DNA of 64,000 nucleotides. Origin: Candidatus Dojkabacteria bacterium. GTDB taxonomy: Bacteria > Patescibacteriota > Dojkabacteria > SC72. The number at the start of each line of letters is the position of its first letter. The first letter of the stretch is position 1. Both the position numbers and the translations under genes were made by a program. This document shows, in pieces, positions 9,225 to 20,694 of this stretch. The stretch is taken from positions 9,940 to 73,939 of the forward strand of contig JAXGRK010000002.1 in the NCBI GenBank assembly GCA_040765985.1, in the 5' to 3' direction. Below the pieces are notes generated by a model. The model did not search any database. It saw only the letters and a list, made by a program, of their open reading frames with translations, and had not been told where the DNA came from.

Positions 9225-11230
9225 TTCTGCCAACTGTAATAGTCACATATATCCTGAGGTATCTCACCAAGAAATCTGGAAGGTATTTGAGTACTATACC
9301 CTTCCCTAGTCAATCTTTGTTCTGTGAAAGTAAGATACAATTTTTCCTTTGCTCTAGTAATGCCTACATAACACAATCGTCTTTCCTCCTCTAGTTCATC
9401 TTCATCTGTGAAAGATCTAGAGTGTGGAAGAATTCCCTCTTCTACACCGATAATAAATACATTATCAAACTCTAAACCCTTAGAAGAGTGCAATGTCATA
9501 AGATTAACATAATTACCACTCCCATCTTGGTTTTTACTCTGTTCTTGTTCAATCAGATTTATTTCCTGAAGAAACATATCTAGTGATTTCTCTTTATACT
9601 TAAGTACATAACTATTCGAAACATTCTTTAACTCTTCAATATTTTCCTTTTTGTACTCCGCCTCTTCAGAACCATCATCCATCCATTCTACATATCTTGT
9701 TTTTCTTAAAATATGATCTATCACGGATAAAACATTAAGACCTTGTGTCTCTATATAAATACCACCAAAGAGCGAAACAAGAGATTGAAATTTCATAACC
9801 TCTTCTTTTTTTGAAAGTATACATTCATACACCTTATTTGAAATATCTAAACTATGATTTAAAGAGTTTTCTAATTCATAGCTCCCAACAAGTAGTTCGC
9901 CTACAGAGCATGTACATTGATGAGCAATAGAATGTAGTTGAGCAACAGATTTAGGACCCATCTTTCTATTTGGAACATTTAAAATTCTTGATACACTTAA
10001 ATCATCCTTGAGATTAAAAAGGAATCTCATATAACTGAGAATATCTTTAATTTCTTTTCTCTCATAGAATCTAAAACCTCCAACGAGTTTATACGGCAAA
10101 CCACCCTTAAGCATTGCTTCCTCAATTGCTCTTGATTGATAGTTCGTTCTATACAGTACCGCTATTTCAGTTAATTGCTCCCCATTTCGTCTTAATCTAT
10201 TTATTTCATCAACAACATATTCAGCTTCGTTTTCTTGATCTTGTGCCTGGTATACGGTTATACTCTTACCCGAATCTTTTTCAGTCCAAAGTTTTTTGTC
10301 TACTCGTAATGCATTTTGCTTAATTACAGACATAGCTGCTGATATTACATTACCTGTAGATCTGTAGTTCTGTTCTAATTTAATAACTTTTACACTTTTA
10401 AAATCTTTTTCAAATGATTGTATATTTTTAATATCAGCACCTCTCCACCCATATATACCCTGATCATCATCTCCTACTACACAAATATTTTGATATTTCT
10501 GAGACATTAGTTTGGCAAACATATACTGAGCAGTATTAGTGTCTTGGTATTCGTCTATGAGGATGTATCTATATATCTCTTGATATGATTCAAGTACTTT
10601 CTTGTTATCTGCTAAAAGCTTAACAGTAAGATATATTAAATCACCGAAATCTTCATCATTTTGTGCTTGTAACTGTTTTTTGTATAAGGGGTATATATCC
10701 GTAACAATATCCTCGATATACCCACCGTAGTGTTGAGAGAATTTATCAGGACCAATCAATTCGTTTTTTGCTGCGGAAATAAAGTATGATATAGATTTAG
10801 GTTTAATCTGTTTAATATCAATATCTTGTTCAATGAGAATATCTTTAATCAGGTTATCAGAATCATCAGAATCGAATATTGAGAAATTAGGTAGTAAACC
10901 AACTTCTTTTGCATTATGTCTAAGAAATAGCGCTCCGATAGAGTGAAAAGTTCCTATTAGTGGTATCTCTTTATTACTTACCTCTAAATCTTTAAGTATC
11001 CCCATTACTCTCTCTTGCATCTCTCCTGCTGCTTTTTTAGTAAATGTTACAGCCATAATATTACCAGGAGATACATCTTTATTTGTAATGAGATGAGCAA
11101 TACGATTTGTTATTACTCTCGTTTTACCAGAACCAGCACCAGCGAAAACCAGCAGTGGGCCATCTGTTGTCTCGACAGCAATCTTTTGCTGACTATTCAA
11201 TTTTCCAAAAATAATGTCTTGGGATACCAC
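9221..11230 (-). CDS. pcrA: ATP-dependent DNA helicase PcrA/UvrD
   Basis: AGAGSGKT, DEYQDTN, VGDDDQ, EQNYRS, MTLHSSKGLEF, EEERRLCYVGITRA. Confidence 0.97.
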   Translation of the reverse strand: MVSQDIIFGKLNSQQKIAVETTDGPLLVFAGAGSGKTRVITNRIAHLITNKDVSPGNIMAVTFTKKAAGEMQERVMGILKDLEVSNKEIPLIGTFHSIGALFLRHNAKEVGLLPNFSIFDSDDSDNLIKDILIEQDIDIKQIKPKSISYFISAAKNELIGPDKFSQHYGGYIEDIVTDIYPLYKKQLQAQNDEDFGDLIYLTVKLLADNKKVLESYQEIYRYILIDEYQDTNTAQYMFAKLMSQKYQNICVVGDDDQGIYGWRGADIKNIQSFEKDFKSVKVIKLEQNYRSTGNVISAAMSVIKQNALRVDKKLWTEKDSGKSITVYQAQDQENEAEYVVDEINRLRRNGEQLTEIAVLYRTNYQSRAIEEAMLKGGLPYKLVGGFRFYERKEIKDILSYMRFLFNLKDDLSVSRILNVPNRKMGPKSVAQLHSIAHQCTCSVGELLVGSYELENSLNHSLDISNKVYECILSKKEEVMKFQSLVSLFGGIYIETQGLNVLSVIDHILRKTRYVEWMDDGSEEAEYKKENIEELKNVSNSYVLKYKEKSLDMFLQEINLIEQEQSKNQDGSGNYVNLMTLHSSKGLEFDNVFIIGVEEGILPHSRSFTDEDELEEERRLCYVGITRAKEKLYLTFTEQRLTREGYSTQIPSRFLGEIPQDICDYYSWQN

Positions 11231-11300
11231 AGTACAGATTATATTCTAAGTTGAAATTAAGATATATAGATGAACAGTTATAAGGCGAAAAATATATGAA

Positions 11301-12488
11301 CTAAATCTCTTTAGCGTATTTCTGATATACCCATCCCTTGTTACCATCATTAAAGAGTATTTCATACCATCCTTCTTCTTTCTTAGTAACAATAAATACA
11401 TCACCTTCATTTGCGACTTCAACCTTTGCACAGCTATACCATCTGCACTCTCGAATATTAACAAATCCATATTCAGGGGATACTATCTCTATTAGTTTGT
11501 TGTCTCCTTTGACAATTGTAAACTCAATATCAAACTCACTACCCTCTACGCTGTTTTCCGAAGATTTCATAAAGTAGTAACTCTCTTTGTATGTACCTGG
11601 TCTACTTTTAGCATTTAATTCGAATGTGACTTCTGTTGAGTCTCCTGGCTTAACATAGCTGCTTTTAATATATGTTGGTTTACTGAAACTCTCCCATACA
11701 CCATTAATTGCATGAGGACTTTCTATCGAATCTTTTGTAGAGATATATATGTATGTAGAACCACCAAACCAAGTAAAATCATTTTCATTTTTAATATCTA
11801 CTTTAACTAACAACTTTTTCCCTATCTCTACCTCTTTGGAATAATCGACAGAAATAATACTTCCCTTGTATTCGAGATCTCCTTCCTCACTCCATTGAAC
11901 ATTTTCAATAGAACTTAGAATAGAATTTCTCATAGATTTCTGAGATGAAGAGTATGTGAGATATGATATGGATTTATCATCTTTCTTTATTTTTAAATCT
12001 ACAAAATCCCAACTTCCCTCTTTTACACCGTATTTATATGATAGCTCTTGAACAAAAGAGGTAAGTGAAGAACTCGCTCTTGGAGATAGGGTTGTACTAT
12101 TATCCATTATTCCAATTAAAACAACGCCTTCACCTGCCTGTAATCCAGGATTTATACCTATACCACCTCTCGCACCTTCATATATATTCCCACTTCTATC
12201 AATTAGATAGTTATATGGTATATCGTTTAATTTTAATCTTGTGATACTGTAGTAATACAAGAGTTTAATCCATAGCTGTGGATCATCAGTCAAATCATTA
12301 CTGAAACCATTTAATTGGGATATATATATTTTTTGAGGAAAAGAGTAAATATCAGATTCTTCAGAGAGAGTTTCATCAAATCCCATATCTTCTCTTTTAA
12401 CGATATCTATTGCATAAATATCCTTAGGAAAGAAGGAAAATATATTCAAAGCAATTACAGATATAAAAAAAACTTTTATTAGTTTCAT
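11301..12488 (-). CDS. Secreted PGRP/amidase_2-like + NBR1-type Ig + SH3b protein
   Basis: Signal peptide (IYA); DIPYNYLIDRSGNIYEGARGG; IKNENDFTW...VKPGDSTEVTF; C-terminal VNIR...GWYEI...GWV. Confidence 0.75.
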   Translation of the reverse strand: MKLIKVFFISVIALNIFSFFPKDIYAIDIVKREDMGFDETLSEESDIYSFPQKIYISQLNGFSNDLTDDPQLWIKLLYYYSITRLKLNDIPYNYLIDRSGNIYEGARGGIGINPGLQAGEGVVLIGIMDNSTTLSPRASSSLTSFVQELSYKYGVKEGSWDFVDLKIKKDDKSISYLTYSSSQKSMRNSILSSIENVQWSEEGDLEYKGSIISVDYSKEVEIGKKLLVKVDIKNENDFTWFGGSTYIYISTKDSIESPHAINGVWESFSKPTYIKSSYVKPGDSTEVTFELNAKSRPGTYKESYYFMKSSENSVEGSEFDIEFTIVKGDNKLIEIVSPEYGFVNIRECRWYSCAKVEVANEGDVFIVTKKEEGWYEILFNDGNKGWVYQKYAKEI

Positions 12489-12509
12489 ACTGTCCATTGT
12501 ATCACATAA

Positions 12510-13478
12510 CTAATCTTGAGAAGAAAGATAATCAGGGTCTATAGCATTGATATAATAAACTGCTGGTACAGAATAAACTTCCTCTTCGTATTCAACCTCA
12601 CAGGTAGCATCCACTTTATATATTGGCAAGATATTACTCTGTTCCATACCTTGATATAAGTAGATGATGTCAAGATCTCCAGATTTGCAATTAGATACTT
12701 TATCAAGGACATCATCTATCCACGAGGAAAAACTATAGGGGGTATCATCAATTACAGAATTTAAAACTGCAAAATTAACATAACTTTCTTTTGGATACTC
12801 TTCCAGTTTAATATATGTTAATAGTAAATCTTTAGAGATTAAAGGCACCACAAATTTTTCTTTTATAAATTCTGTCAAAATAACTTCTCCCCCTTTTAAT
12901 TTTCCATTTGAATTGAATATTAAAATATCAGAATACTCTTTACTACGTCCGAGTTGAATAGGAACTTCATTCAATACCCTGCTTGCATAATACCAGATAT
13001 CACCATTCTCAGATATTTCTGTTTTAGAAAAGATAAAATTATAATCCTTTTGTAAATATGATTGAAAAAAGAGTGCAAATGCATCTTCGCCCTCTGATAT
13101 ATCAAGTGGTTTTGATAAATCAAATGACAGAATTCCTGTACTCATTTCATAGGAAAATGAATTACTATTATCTTCCCAGTATATTACCTCTTTATTATTA
13201 TTTTTATCTAGAGATAAAGATACTTTTTGAATCATTGATTCTACAATTGAGGTGTTATCTTCTTGGTTAATTTCATATATATTAAAATCTCGGTTAGAGA
13301 AATTTTTTAAACCTGAGATATCGAGTTTTAAATCTGTTTTTCCCAATTGTACGGATTTTATTGGTTCAGAAGGATAATTTTTCTTCGTTGATTTTTCTAC
13401 AAGATAAATAACAATAAATATTAATAATAAAATGATTGAGATAGTAAATAATATTTTTATATATTTATTTGTTTTCAT
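12510..13478 (-). CDS. Membrane-anchored hypothetical protein
   Basis: 322 aa ORF, single N-terminal TM, C-terminal PIY...YINAI beta pattern. Confidence 0.8.
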   Translation of the reverse strand: MKTNKYIKILFTISIILLLIFIVIYLVEKSTKKNYPSEPIKSVQLGKTDLKLDISGLKNFSNRDFNIYEINQEDNTSIVESMIQKVSLSLDKNNNKEVIYWEDNSNSFSYEMSTGILSFDLSKPLDISEGEDAFALFFQSYLQKDYNFIFSKTEISENGDIWYYASRVLNEVPIQLGRSKEYSDILIFNSNGKLKGGEVILTEFIKEKFVVPLISKDLLLTYIKLEEYPKESYVNFAVLNSVIDDTPYSFSSWIDDVLDKVSNCKSGDLDIIYLYQGMEQSNILPIYKVDATCEVEYEEEVYSVPAVYYINAIDPDYLSSQD

Positions 13479-13489
13479 AATATATTGTA

Positions 13490-16109
13490 TTAATTACATT
13501 GATTACACCCCGAAAGACCTGGGACATCACAACCGAAACTTTGTAATACAGCCAAAGGATCAACGGCAGAGCCATTCATTTTTATCTCAAGATGTAAGTG
13601 GGGACCAGTCCAACAAGCTCCTGTTGGTAACTTAGTAAGAACTGCAGCAATAGGTTTTCTATCTTCGGATATAAAATCTCCTCCCAACTCGCTTCCTATG
13701 GCTAACTCTTCATTTTAACTTAACATGAACGAAAAGAAAGGTATAAGTATTTGTTCCATCAAATGCCTCAAATTTTACATAATCGCCAGCAGGAGATTTA
13801 CAAGGATAGTTTGCAGAACTTGTCACTTTACATGAAGTACCTGGTTTTCCACAGAATTGAGGAGCGTAAAGACCACCACTAAAGCCCAAATCAACAGGTT
13901 TTGCACCTGAAATATTTGCATGACTAAAACAGGTACCATCATCAACCCAACCTTGAGTACAACTAACACCCGAAGAAGTCCCAAGTATACATTTTTCCCC
14001 TGTAAGTGGTGGCATGACAACATCTTCTTCTTCATAGTCATCTTCGGGGTTTTCTGGTGTAGGTTCTGTGAATTCATAATCAGGACATATTTCAACTTTA
14101 CCAGGTATTACACTTCTATAGGAGTATGTCCATACATTGTAATCTGCTACTGCCTTATTGGCTATTCCTGAAAGTAAAATAAAAACTCCAACTATACCAA
14201 AAGCTATCAAAACACCTAAAGACATAAAAACCTTCGTTAGTTTCATAAGCATATCAGTAAGAACCCATGTGACAGCAGTAACAAAAGCACTTCCTAAGGG
14301 TGTTAATACCAAACCAGCAGCACCAGCTATTGCTGTAACTAAAGATCGGACTAAAGTTTTTAATCCACCCTGAGTAATCCATGTTCCAAGAAGTTTTCCA
14401 GCACCCGATTTAATCATCCATTTTTTAAGAGTTGCATTTTTAAGAAGCATTCTCGCAAAGTTTACCCTAGCTTTTTTCGTTATTTTGTTTTTGAAAAAAC
14501 TTTCAATTTTCCCTTTTATTCTATTTCCTGTACCAAATATATTTGCTACCGCCTTCAGTGTTTTTGACCTCTTAAATACATATTCTATTCTTCTAAGATT
14601 CTTTTCTGATATTCCAGAAGTTTTTAATTTAAGTAAGGTTGTCCGCATGTATTCATCCATTTTTTTACCAGAAAGTTTTTCAAAATTTGCAAACAACTCT
14701 TTTTGAGATAAACCCTCTATATCATCAAGGGATTCAAGTTGTTTACTGAGAAGAAAAACAAATCCCTCCCCATTGAACAAAAAAGTATTGATTAAAGATT
14801 TAGGAGTCATGTAGTAAAGAGATTCTCCCATTTCGTTATATGCGTTCTTTATTGAAGATCCCTTTCCTGTAGTTTCTTCTGCCCTAAGAATTCTAACTCC
14901 AAAAGCTTGTTTTGTAGTTGTGGGACAAAGGACAGAGTTTCTTCCTTCGTTAAAAAAATCTCCATTAATAATACTAGGTACCAAATTCTTCATCGAAAGT
15001 CCCCCCCAAACATCATTTATTGAATTTACATATCCTTCAATCCTTCCCAAACCACCGATAAAATTATTTCTATTACCTAATAGTTTTCTTGCAATTTCTC
15101 CATCTCTAATAGCGCCCTCTATTTCTTGTCTTCTAGCAGGATCCTTTTCATCTTTCAAGGCCAGTTTTAAATCCTGCATTTGCGATTCATTTCTCATATT
15201 TATGAGCAAGAGACTTTTTTCATACATTTTTCTCTGTTTCTCTTCTGGTGATCCAGCAGAAGCATTCTTTAAAGGACCAATCTTACTCATTAAGTGGTCT
15301 TTTTCTAATTGTCTGTATAGTTCTGGACTTGAAATATCTATATCCTCTGTTTTGGTATGTGTTGCTCTTCCAAAACCCTCAGCTGCTTCTCTCCCATATC
15401 TTTGAGCCAAATATCTTTGAATAAATTCCTTCTGAACTCCCCCTGAAAGATCTTTCTCATTTGCAAATTTTTCAATAAATTCATACTTTTCTTGCTCTCC
15501 CATTGAATCCCATTTATTTCCAAATGTTCTTCTTCCAATTAGTTCAATACTCCTATCTCTCATAAAATCTGAATTGGAAAGAGAATCTGTTCTAATATTT
15601 TGTCCTATTGCTCTTTGTACCTTGTATGCTTCGGCTTTTTCATTTGCACCCGCACGAGCTAGGGCAATTTCTTTTGCTTCCTGATCGCCATATTGATGAG
15701 CCCACGCAGTAGTAAGGAAATCATCCATTACCTCTCCTAAGAATCTTACCTTATTTTGCTTTCTGGCTAAGTTAATATCATCAATAGATTTTTGAACATA
15801 ACCCGCAGGATCTTTTAACAAATCTATGATTTTTCCAGTACTTATTGATAAACCACCATACTCATCAAATTTAACTTCTCCAAGTTTAATATCGAGCATA
15901 CGATTGTATTCTTTAATCATTGTGTTAGATAGAAACACACCAGGCATTTCTAACGATGCCACTAATGCATCAGTTAACATACTCTCTCCAGAGATACCAG
16001 TTGGTTTAATAGGTCTTCTTTTATCAGGACTTTTTTTAGATTCCTTGAAGATGAAGTCAAATATAGAACCTAATGCATCATAGTTTTCACTTTTATTTTT
16101 TTGAGCCAT
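13490..16109 (-). CDS. Large membrane protein with C-terminal M23-like peptidase (two ORFs joined by one indel near 13713)
   Basis: Removing one A from AAAATGA gives ...VHVKLNEELAIGSELGGDF... in frame with TGPHLHLEIK...AVDP; long helical N-region; Gly/Ala-rich TM segment. Confidence 0.75.
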
Positions 16110-16122
16110 AAAAAACTATAAC

Positions 16123-17601
16123 TTAACCTTTAAATAATCCACCTACAAGTGGTATTTTCGATAAACTGTCTTTTACATTCTTTGATGCCTCTCCCATAGC
16201 ACGAGATGAATCTGCGGGAAGCCATGCCTCAAGATATTTTGGGGCTTGTGCTGCAAAGTATAGAGACAAAACTTTTAATACTGCAATGAAAATACCCGCA
16301 GAAAGATTTACTGGCATACCATTAGGGTCTCCAACTAATTTCGCGGGAAATGATAAACTCATATCCCCTGTTTGTACTGAATTTAACACATTTGGAAGAT
16401 AGATAATAAAAAGAACCATTGGGAAGACTAAAACATTCCTAACTATTGAAAGAAACCAGTTAGTAAGGAATTTGTTATTACCTGGAATCGCACCCAATGT
16501 TATTTGTATTGGTCCCGAAATAACAGCAAACAATAAAGAGAAGTATGCTTTAAATAAAGTTATTAGAACTTTAATTGCACCAAATAAGATAATACCTATC
16601 GCTGATATTACTAATATAATACCAACAAATCCTATAGCTCCAGTCACAGGATTACTAAAAATAGCAACTAATGCAACTACGCCTGCAACAGTACTTGCAG
16701 TAGCAACTTTTGTAAATGAATCCAACCCGATTCCTTGTAAAAAGTCTGATAATGTACCAGCTAATCCCGAACCACTATTAAATGTTGCCTTAATAAGATT
16801 TCCTAAAGTAGATATGGGAGTAGGATCCTCGACATCTAGAATCCATAAAACAATCCCATTCATTACACCTCCTAAATCTATAATAAGACCTGCTATAGCA
16901 AAACTAAAAGTTGCAATTATCAAAGATATAATTACTCTTGGTAAAACATTTCCTAACGTTACAATTGTTTGTCCTCCTAATTTATTCCTAAACATTATCA
17001 TAAATCCGGCAGCTATCATGATAAGAACAAAAACTACATAAGAGATATTTAATACACGTGTCCATATAACATCTATACCTGTTTTTGATAATTCATTATA
17101 TCCAGAATCTGCGTATAATTTATTTGTTTGATCACTATAACCAGGTACCCATTGCTGAGCCAGGTGTTCTGGCACATCAAAGGTCGGGTAATTAGCATAT
17201 AACCCTTCATTCATATCAAATGTCATACCTAACAAACCTCTTTGTAAATCTTTCGGAATATTATTATTTGCCATTGCAAGAGCATCCCCTCCTTCAAGAA
17301 TTTCAGGGAACAGATATGAAAGAAATCTTGTTGCGACATTGTAATCTTCTAAGCCACCTCGGCTACCCATATTATCTTCAAAAAGATTAGCTACCATATT
17401 AATAATATTCTGAAAAGTTTTTGTCTCCTCCCACGCAGGTTTAATCTTAATTGGATATTCTTCATTCGCTGCATATGCGTTGAAGGAAAAAAAGAAAAGA
17501 AAAGAAATTCCAAAACTAATAATCAACATTTGAAAGAAATTCCAATTGATATTGTCTTTTCTTTGATTAATTAAATGATATGTTTTTTTGACAAAGGACA
17601 T
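16123..17601 (-). CDS. Polytopic membrane protein, VirB6/TrbL-like
   Basis: Exported N-domain then about 7 TM helices; W..V.NI.YV.FVLI...GFMIM...LPRVIISLII.TFSFAIAGLIID and GPIQI...AIPG...WF patterns. Confidence 0.6.
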   Translation of the reverse strand: MSFVKKTYHLINQRKDNINWNFFQMLIISFGISFLFFFSFNAYAANEEYPIKIKPAWEETKTFQNIINMVANLFEDNMGSRGGLEDYNVATRFLSYLFPEILEGGDALAMANNNIPKDLQRGLLGMTFDMNEGLYANYPTFDVPEHLAQQWVPGYSDQTNKLYADSGYNELSKTGIDVIWTRVLNISYVVFVLIMIAAGFMIMFRNKLGGQTIVTLGNVLPRVIISLIIATFSFAIAGLIIDLGGVMNGIVLWILDVEDPTPISTLGNLIKATFNSGSGLAGTLSDFLQGIGLDSFTKVATASTVAGVVALVAIFSNPVTGAIGFVGIILVISAIGIILFGAIKVLITLFKAYFSLLFAVISGPIQITLGAIPGNNKFLTNWFLSIVRNVLVFPMVLFIIYLPNVLNSVQTGDMSLSFPAKLVGDPNGMPVNLSAGIFIAVLKVLSLYFAAQAPKYLEAWLPADSSRAMGEASKNVKDSLSKIPLVGGLFKG

Positions 17602-17623
17602 CGTATATAAAATAATAATTTAT

Positions 17624-19039
17624 CTAAGGACCAATATCTCGATCAATTCCTCTAGTTCCTTTTACTTTTTCAAGTAAAAATTTATTATACTCTACATCTG
17701 TTGGAGTATCATCTACTGTAGGAATATCATCGTACTCATTAACTTTTCTCTCCTTATAAAGATGAGACATATCCCAAGCACACTTAACAGTTGCTTGAAT
17801 TGGTGTTCCCGCAATTTCAACTAGACAATCTGTTAAATAATACTTCTTTTTACCTAAATCTGTTGATGGTATAGATACAACCATATTCCTTGTATCCATA
17901 AATGTATTAGTACATGCAGATCCACTTGCACAGTCTTCATCCGAACCAAACGGAGAGGACATCATAATAACAATATCGTCAGTAGAAATACATTCTGGAT
18001 CACCATCCCCGTAAAAATAACATTTAATAAGGTCCATTATCCCTTTAATTTTGTCATACACTGTAGATCCTGTTGTTCCCCAACCTAATATATATTTTAG
18101 TCTTTCTACCGATCTAGTAACGATATCCGTTTTACATGCATTATACTGATTGTTATCCCATAATATAAATTCAGCATCTTCACACTCATCTATTGGTTCA
18201 AGAGTTTCTTCCTTCTCATTGGGTGCTCTATAAAAGGAATCTTGCAGAAATTCAGAAATAACATTAGACTTTTGAGGATTTACATTTGATATATTATTAT
18301 ATTTTTCTTCTTCGCACTTATTACCTAATTCCTTCTCAAGAGCTATATTGCCATCTTCAGATTTTGCTTCAGTATCACCGAACTTGAGAAAATAATCAGT
18401 CTTAAAAGGTACATCTTCTTTAATACCCTTATATTCATAAATATTGTTATTTGGAGGAAGCATAGAGTTAGCCAATTCCTCATCAATTTGCTCTCCTGCT
18501 GGTTTAAGAGTATAAGAATCTTTTTTTATCAATCTGTTGGAATCTTTAACTTCAACACCTGAATAGAGTTCTAATGGAATAGTTACTTTAATCAAGAATA
18601 AATCTGCATCTTTAGATATTTGAAACCCTCCCTTATCTTTGGCACCATACTCTTGATAGAAAGGAACATCAATCTCACCTTCCCTAAAACAAATAGATTC
18701 TGTCTTTATCTCCATAATGCTATCATTTTCACATTGCACAGAAGAATTCGTTGCTGATAATACTTCAGAATTATTTTTAGAAGTCTCCTCTGCAATTTTC
18801 ATAATGGTATTCTCCAATTCTTTTATCTCCGAGGTTTTTAATATCTCTTCATCGGGAAATAACTCTTCTAAAGATATAATTTCATCAAATTCTTGATTTT
18901 TTGAAGAAAGAGATTTGAGATCAATAGTTTCTTTGTCTGACTTTGAAAAGTTAACAACAAATATTATAAACATGGAAACAAATACCATTGAAAGTAAAAA
19001 CAATATAGGTTTTAATTTGTTTGAAACCCTTCTATACAT
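17624..19039 (-). CDS. Membrane-anchored Cys-rich hypothetical protein
   Basis: 471 aa, N-terminal TM, about 11 Cys, acidic. Confidence 0.8.
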   Translation of the reverse strand: MYRRVSNKLKPILFLLSMVFVSMFIIFVVNFSKSDKETIDLKSLSSKNQEFDEIISLEELFPDEEILKTSEIKELENTIMKIAEETSKNNSEVLSATNSSVQCENDSIMEIKTESICFREGEIDVPFYQEYGAKDKGGFQISKDADLFLIKVTIPLELYSGVEVKDSNRLIKKDSYTLKPAGEQIDEELANSMLPPNNNIYEYKGIKEDVPFKTDYFLKFGDTEAKSEDGNIALEKELGNKCEEEKYNNISNVNPQKSNVISEFLQDSFYRAPNEKEETLEPIDECEDAEFILWDNNQYNACKTDIVTRSVERLKYILGWGTTGSTVYDKIKGIMDLIKCYFYGDGDPECISTDDIVIMMSSPFGSDEDCASGSACTNTFMDTRNMVVSIPSTDLGKKKYYLTDCLVEIAGTPIQATVKCAWDMSHLYKERKVNEYDDIPTVDDTPTDVEYNKFLLEKVKGTRGIDRDIGP

Positions 19040-19057
19040 TTACATATTCTCAAATAT

Positions 19058-20656
19058 TTAATTAAGTAATAACCCATAATCCGTTAACAAATCAACCTTT
19101 CCTCCACCTACCTCTCCTAACTTACTTACATCCAATTCTATCTCATTTAATGATAGATTAAAATCATATTTATTACCTATAGCACCAAGAATATAAATCT
19201 GTAATATATCAGCATCAGAGAAAGAGAAATACGAAGAACCATCCTCGCTTCTTACATCCCCAATAACTAACTCCCATGTACCATTCGTATCAGGTAAAAC
19301 AGAAACATAACCAGAACTACCAACCGTACCTAATTCATCATTATCAATAATCTTTCCAACTAATACTAAATCAGATAGATCGTTAGAATTTACAACTTCT
19401 CCTACCCTAGTTTCTAATGGAGGAGAAGAGGAGAGTGTAGAGAAAGTTTTAAACGTATATTTCTGCCCATCGTAATCATACACATCATCACCTGAATATA
19501 TTTCAAAGTAGTATGTAGTATCTGGTTGTAATCTACCACTCTCTATGTAATGAGAGTAGTACTCTCCTTTTTCAGTATAGGTATCTCTTGAATCGACAAT
19601 CTCCTCAGTTAACTCTGTCTTACTAGTACCATATTTAACATATCCCTCCTCTTTTTGAGATGATCTCCAAGAGATTACAGCATAAGTATCTGTTAAATTT
19701 GTTACTGTTACAGTATCCTCTCCCGATTCCATCTCTATACTTCCTGCACTTGCAACTAAATCCTCCCATTGAACATCCTGTCTTCTCGTGTAAGCTTGTG
19801 GTTGAACAGGAACAACTGGTTTAACAGGTTGCTCTGGTTCTTCTGGCTCTTGTGGTTCTTCAGGAATAATAACTTCCTGAGAAGTACCTAAATCTGCAAT
19901 ATCAGGGAAATACTCTAACAAACTACTACCAAGAACCTCTTCTAACTGAATTGATTGAAGTAGTTTTCCCTTACTATCAAAAAGAGATGAATACGCACCC
20001 TCCAGTACTCCTCCTCTATCAACACCACTTCGTGCAAGAACTGTAAGATTCGTACTTTCCGTTACCTGGAGAATACTTTTATCCGATACACTTCTAATTG
20101 ATGACAAGTCTAAAGTCCAATTCCCAGTAGTAGGAACTTGAGTAGAAACAGGATATGTACTTTTATCACTAAAAAAGACATAAAGTATTACATCCTCTAA
20201 ATTACTCCCTGTAACCGAACCATACACAGGATTGGGAATTGGAGTAGTATCACTAATTGGGGCAGTTGAGAACTTATATTCAACCCCCTCCTTATTCTTA
20301 AACTTTTTACCATCTGAAAGTATTATAAAAGTATACTCAGTAGATGGCTCCAAGCTATCCAAAACAACATAATGGGAAACCTTGTTGGAGCTACTCCGAC
20401 TATCCTGAATGGGACTTTGTTCAACCCCATTAAGAATAGGGACAACATATCCACTGGTCTTTTTCTCTGTGACCCAACTTACTGTTAGAGAATTTGTAGT
20501 TATATTCGATATCAATACACCCTGAGGTGTAGAATCTGAACCCGCATTCGCAATAAATTGAACACCCTTGTAAACAAGAAAAACTACTGCAGGAGTCCCA
20601 AACAGTAGTAGTAAAACTAACCCTAACTGTCTCTTCTGATGTGGAGTTAAATTCAT
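19058..20656 (-). CDS. Membrane-anchored protein with duplicated FN3 (purple acid phosphatase N-terminal-like) + beta-sandwich modules
   Basis: ISNITTNSLTVSWVT...H.V.L..LEPSTEYTF and VTNLTDT..VISW...LQPDTTYYF repeats separated by a P/E linker; ATG 20656 preferred. Confidence 0.8.
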   Translation of the reverse strand: MNLTPHQKRQLGLVLLLLFGTPAVVFLVYKGVQFIANAGSDSTPQGVLISNITTNSLTVSWVTEKKTSGYVVPILNGVEQSPIQDSRSSSNKVSHYVVLDSLEPSTEYTFIILSDGKKFKNKEGVEYKFSTAPISDTTPIPNPVYGSVTGSNLEDVILYVFFSDKSTYPVSTQVPTTGNWTLDLSSIRSVSDKSILQVTESTNLTVLARSGVDRGGVLEGAYSSLFDSKGKLLQSIQLEEVLGSSLLEYFPDIADLGTSQEVIIPEEPQEPEEPEQPVKPVVPVQPQAYTRRQDVQWEDLVASAGSIEMESGEDTVTVTNLTDTYAVISWRSSQKEEGYVKYGTSKTELTEEIVDSRDTYTEKGEYYSHYIESGRLQPDTTYYFEIYSGDDVYDYDGQKYTFKTFSTLSSSPPLETRVGEVVNSNDLSDLVLVGKIIDNDELGTVGSSGYVSVLPDTNGTWELVIGDVRSEDGSSYFSFSDADILQIYILGAIGNKYDFNLSLNEIELDVSKLGEVGGGKVDLLTDYGLLLN

Positions 20657-20694
20657 CTTTCTATGATACAAGGTACCTATATCAATATCAACGA

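Noticed and set aside
13710-13712. TGA recoding (genetic code 25) or readthrough
   Set aside because: The downstream M23 part is in a different frame, and long genes in the window read through without in-frame TGA
19795-19870. Short tandem-like repeats (also 33328-33375 and 57650-57790)
   Set aside because: They encode P/E-rich or acidic protein linkers; no constant repeat-spacer periodicity, so not CRISPR
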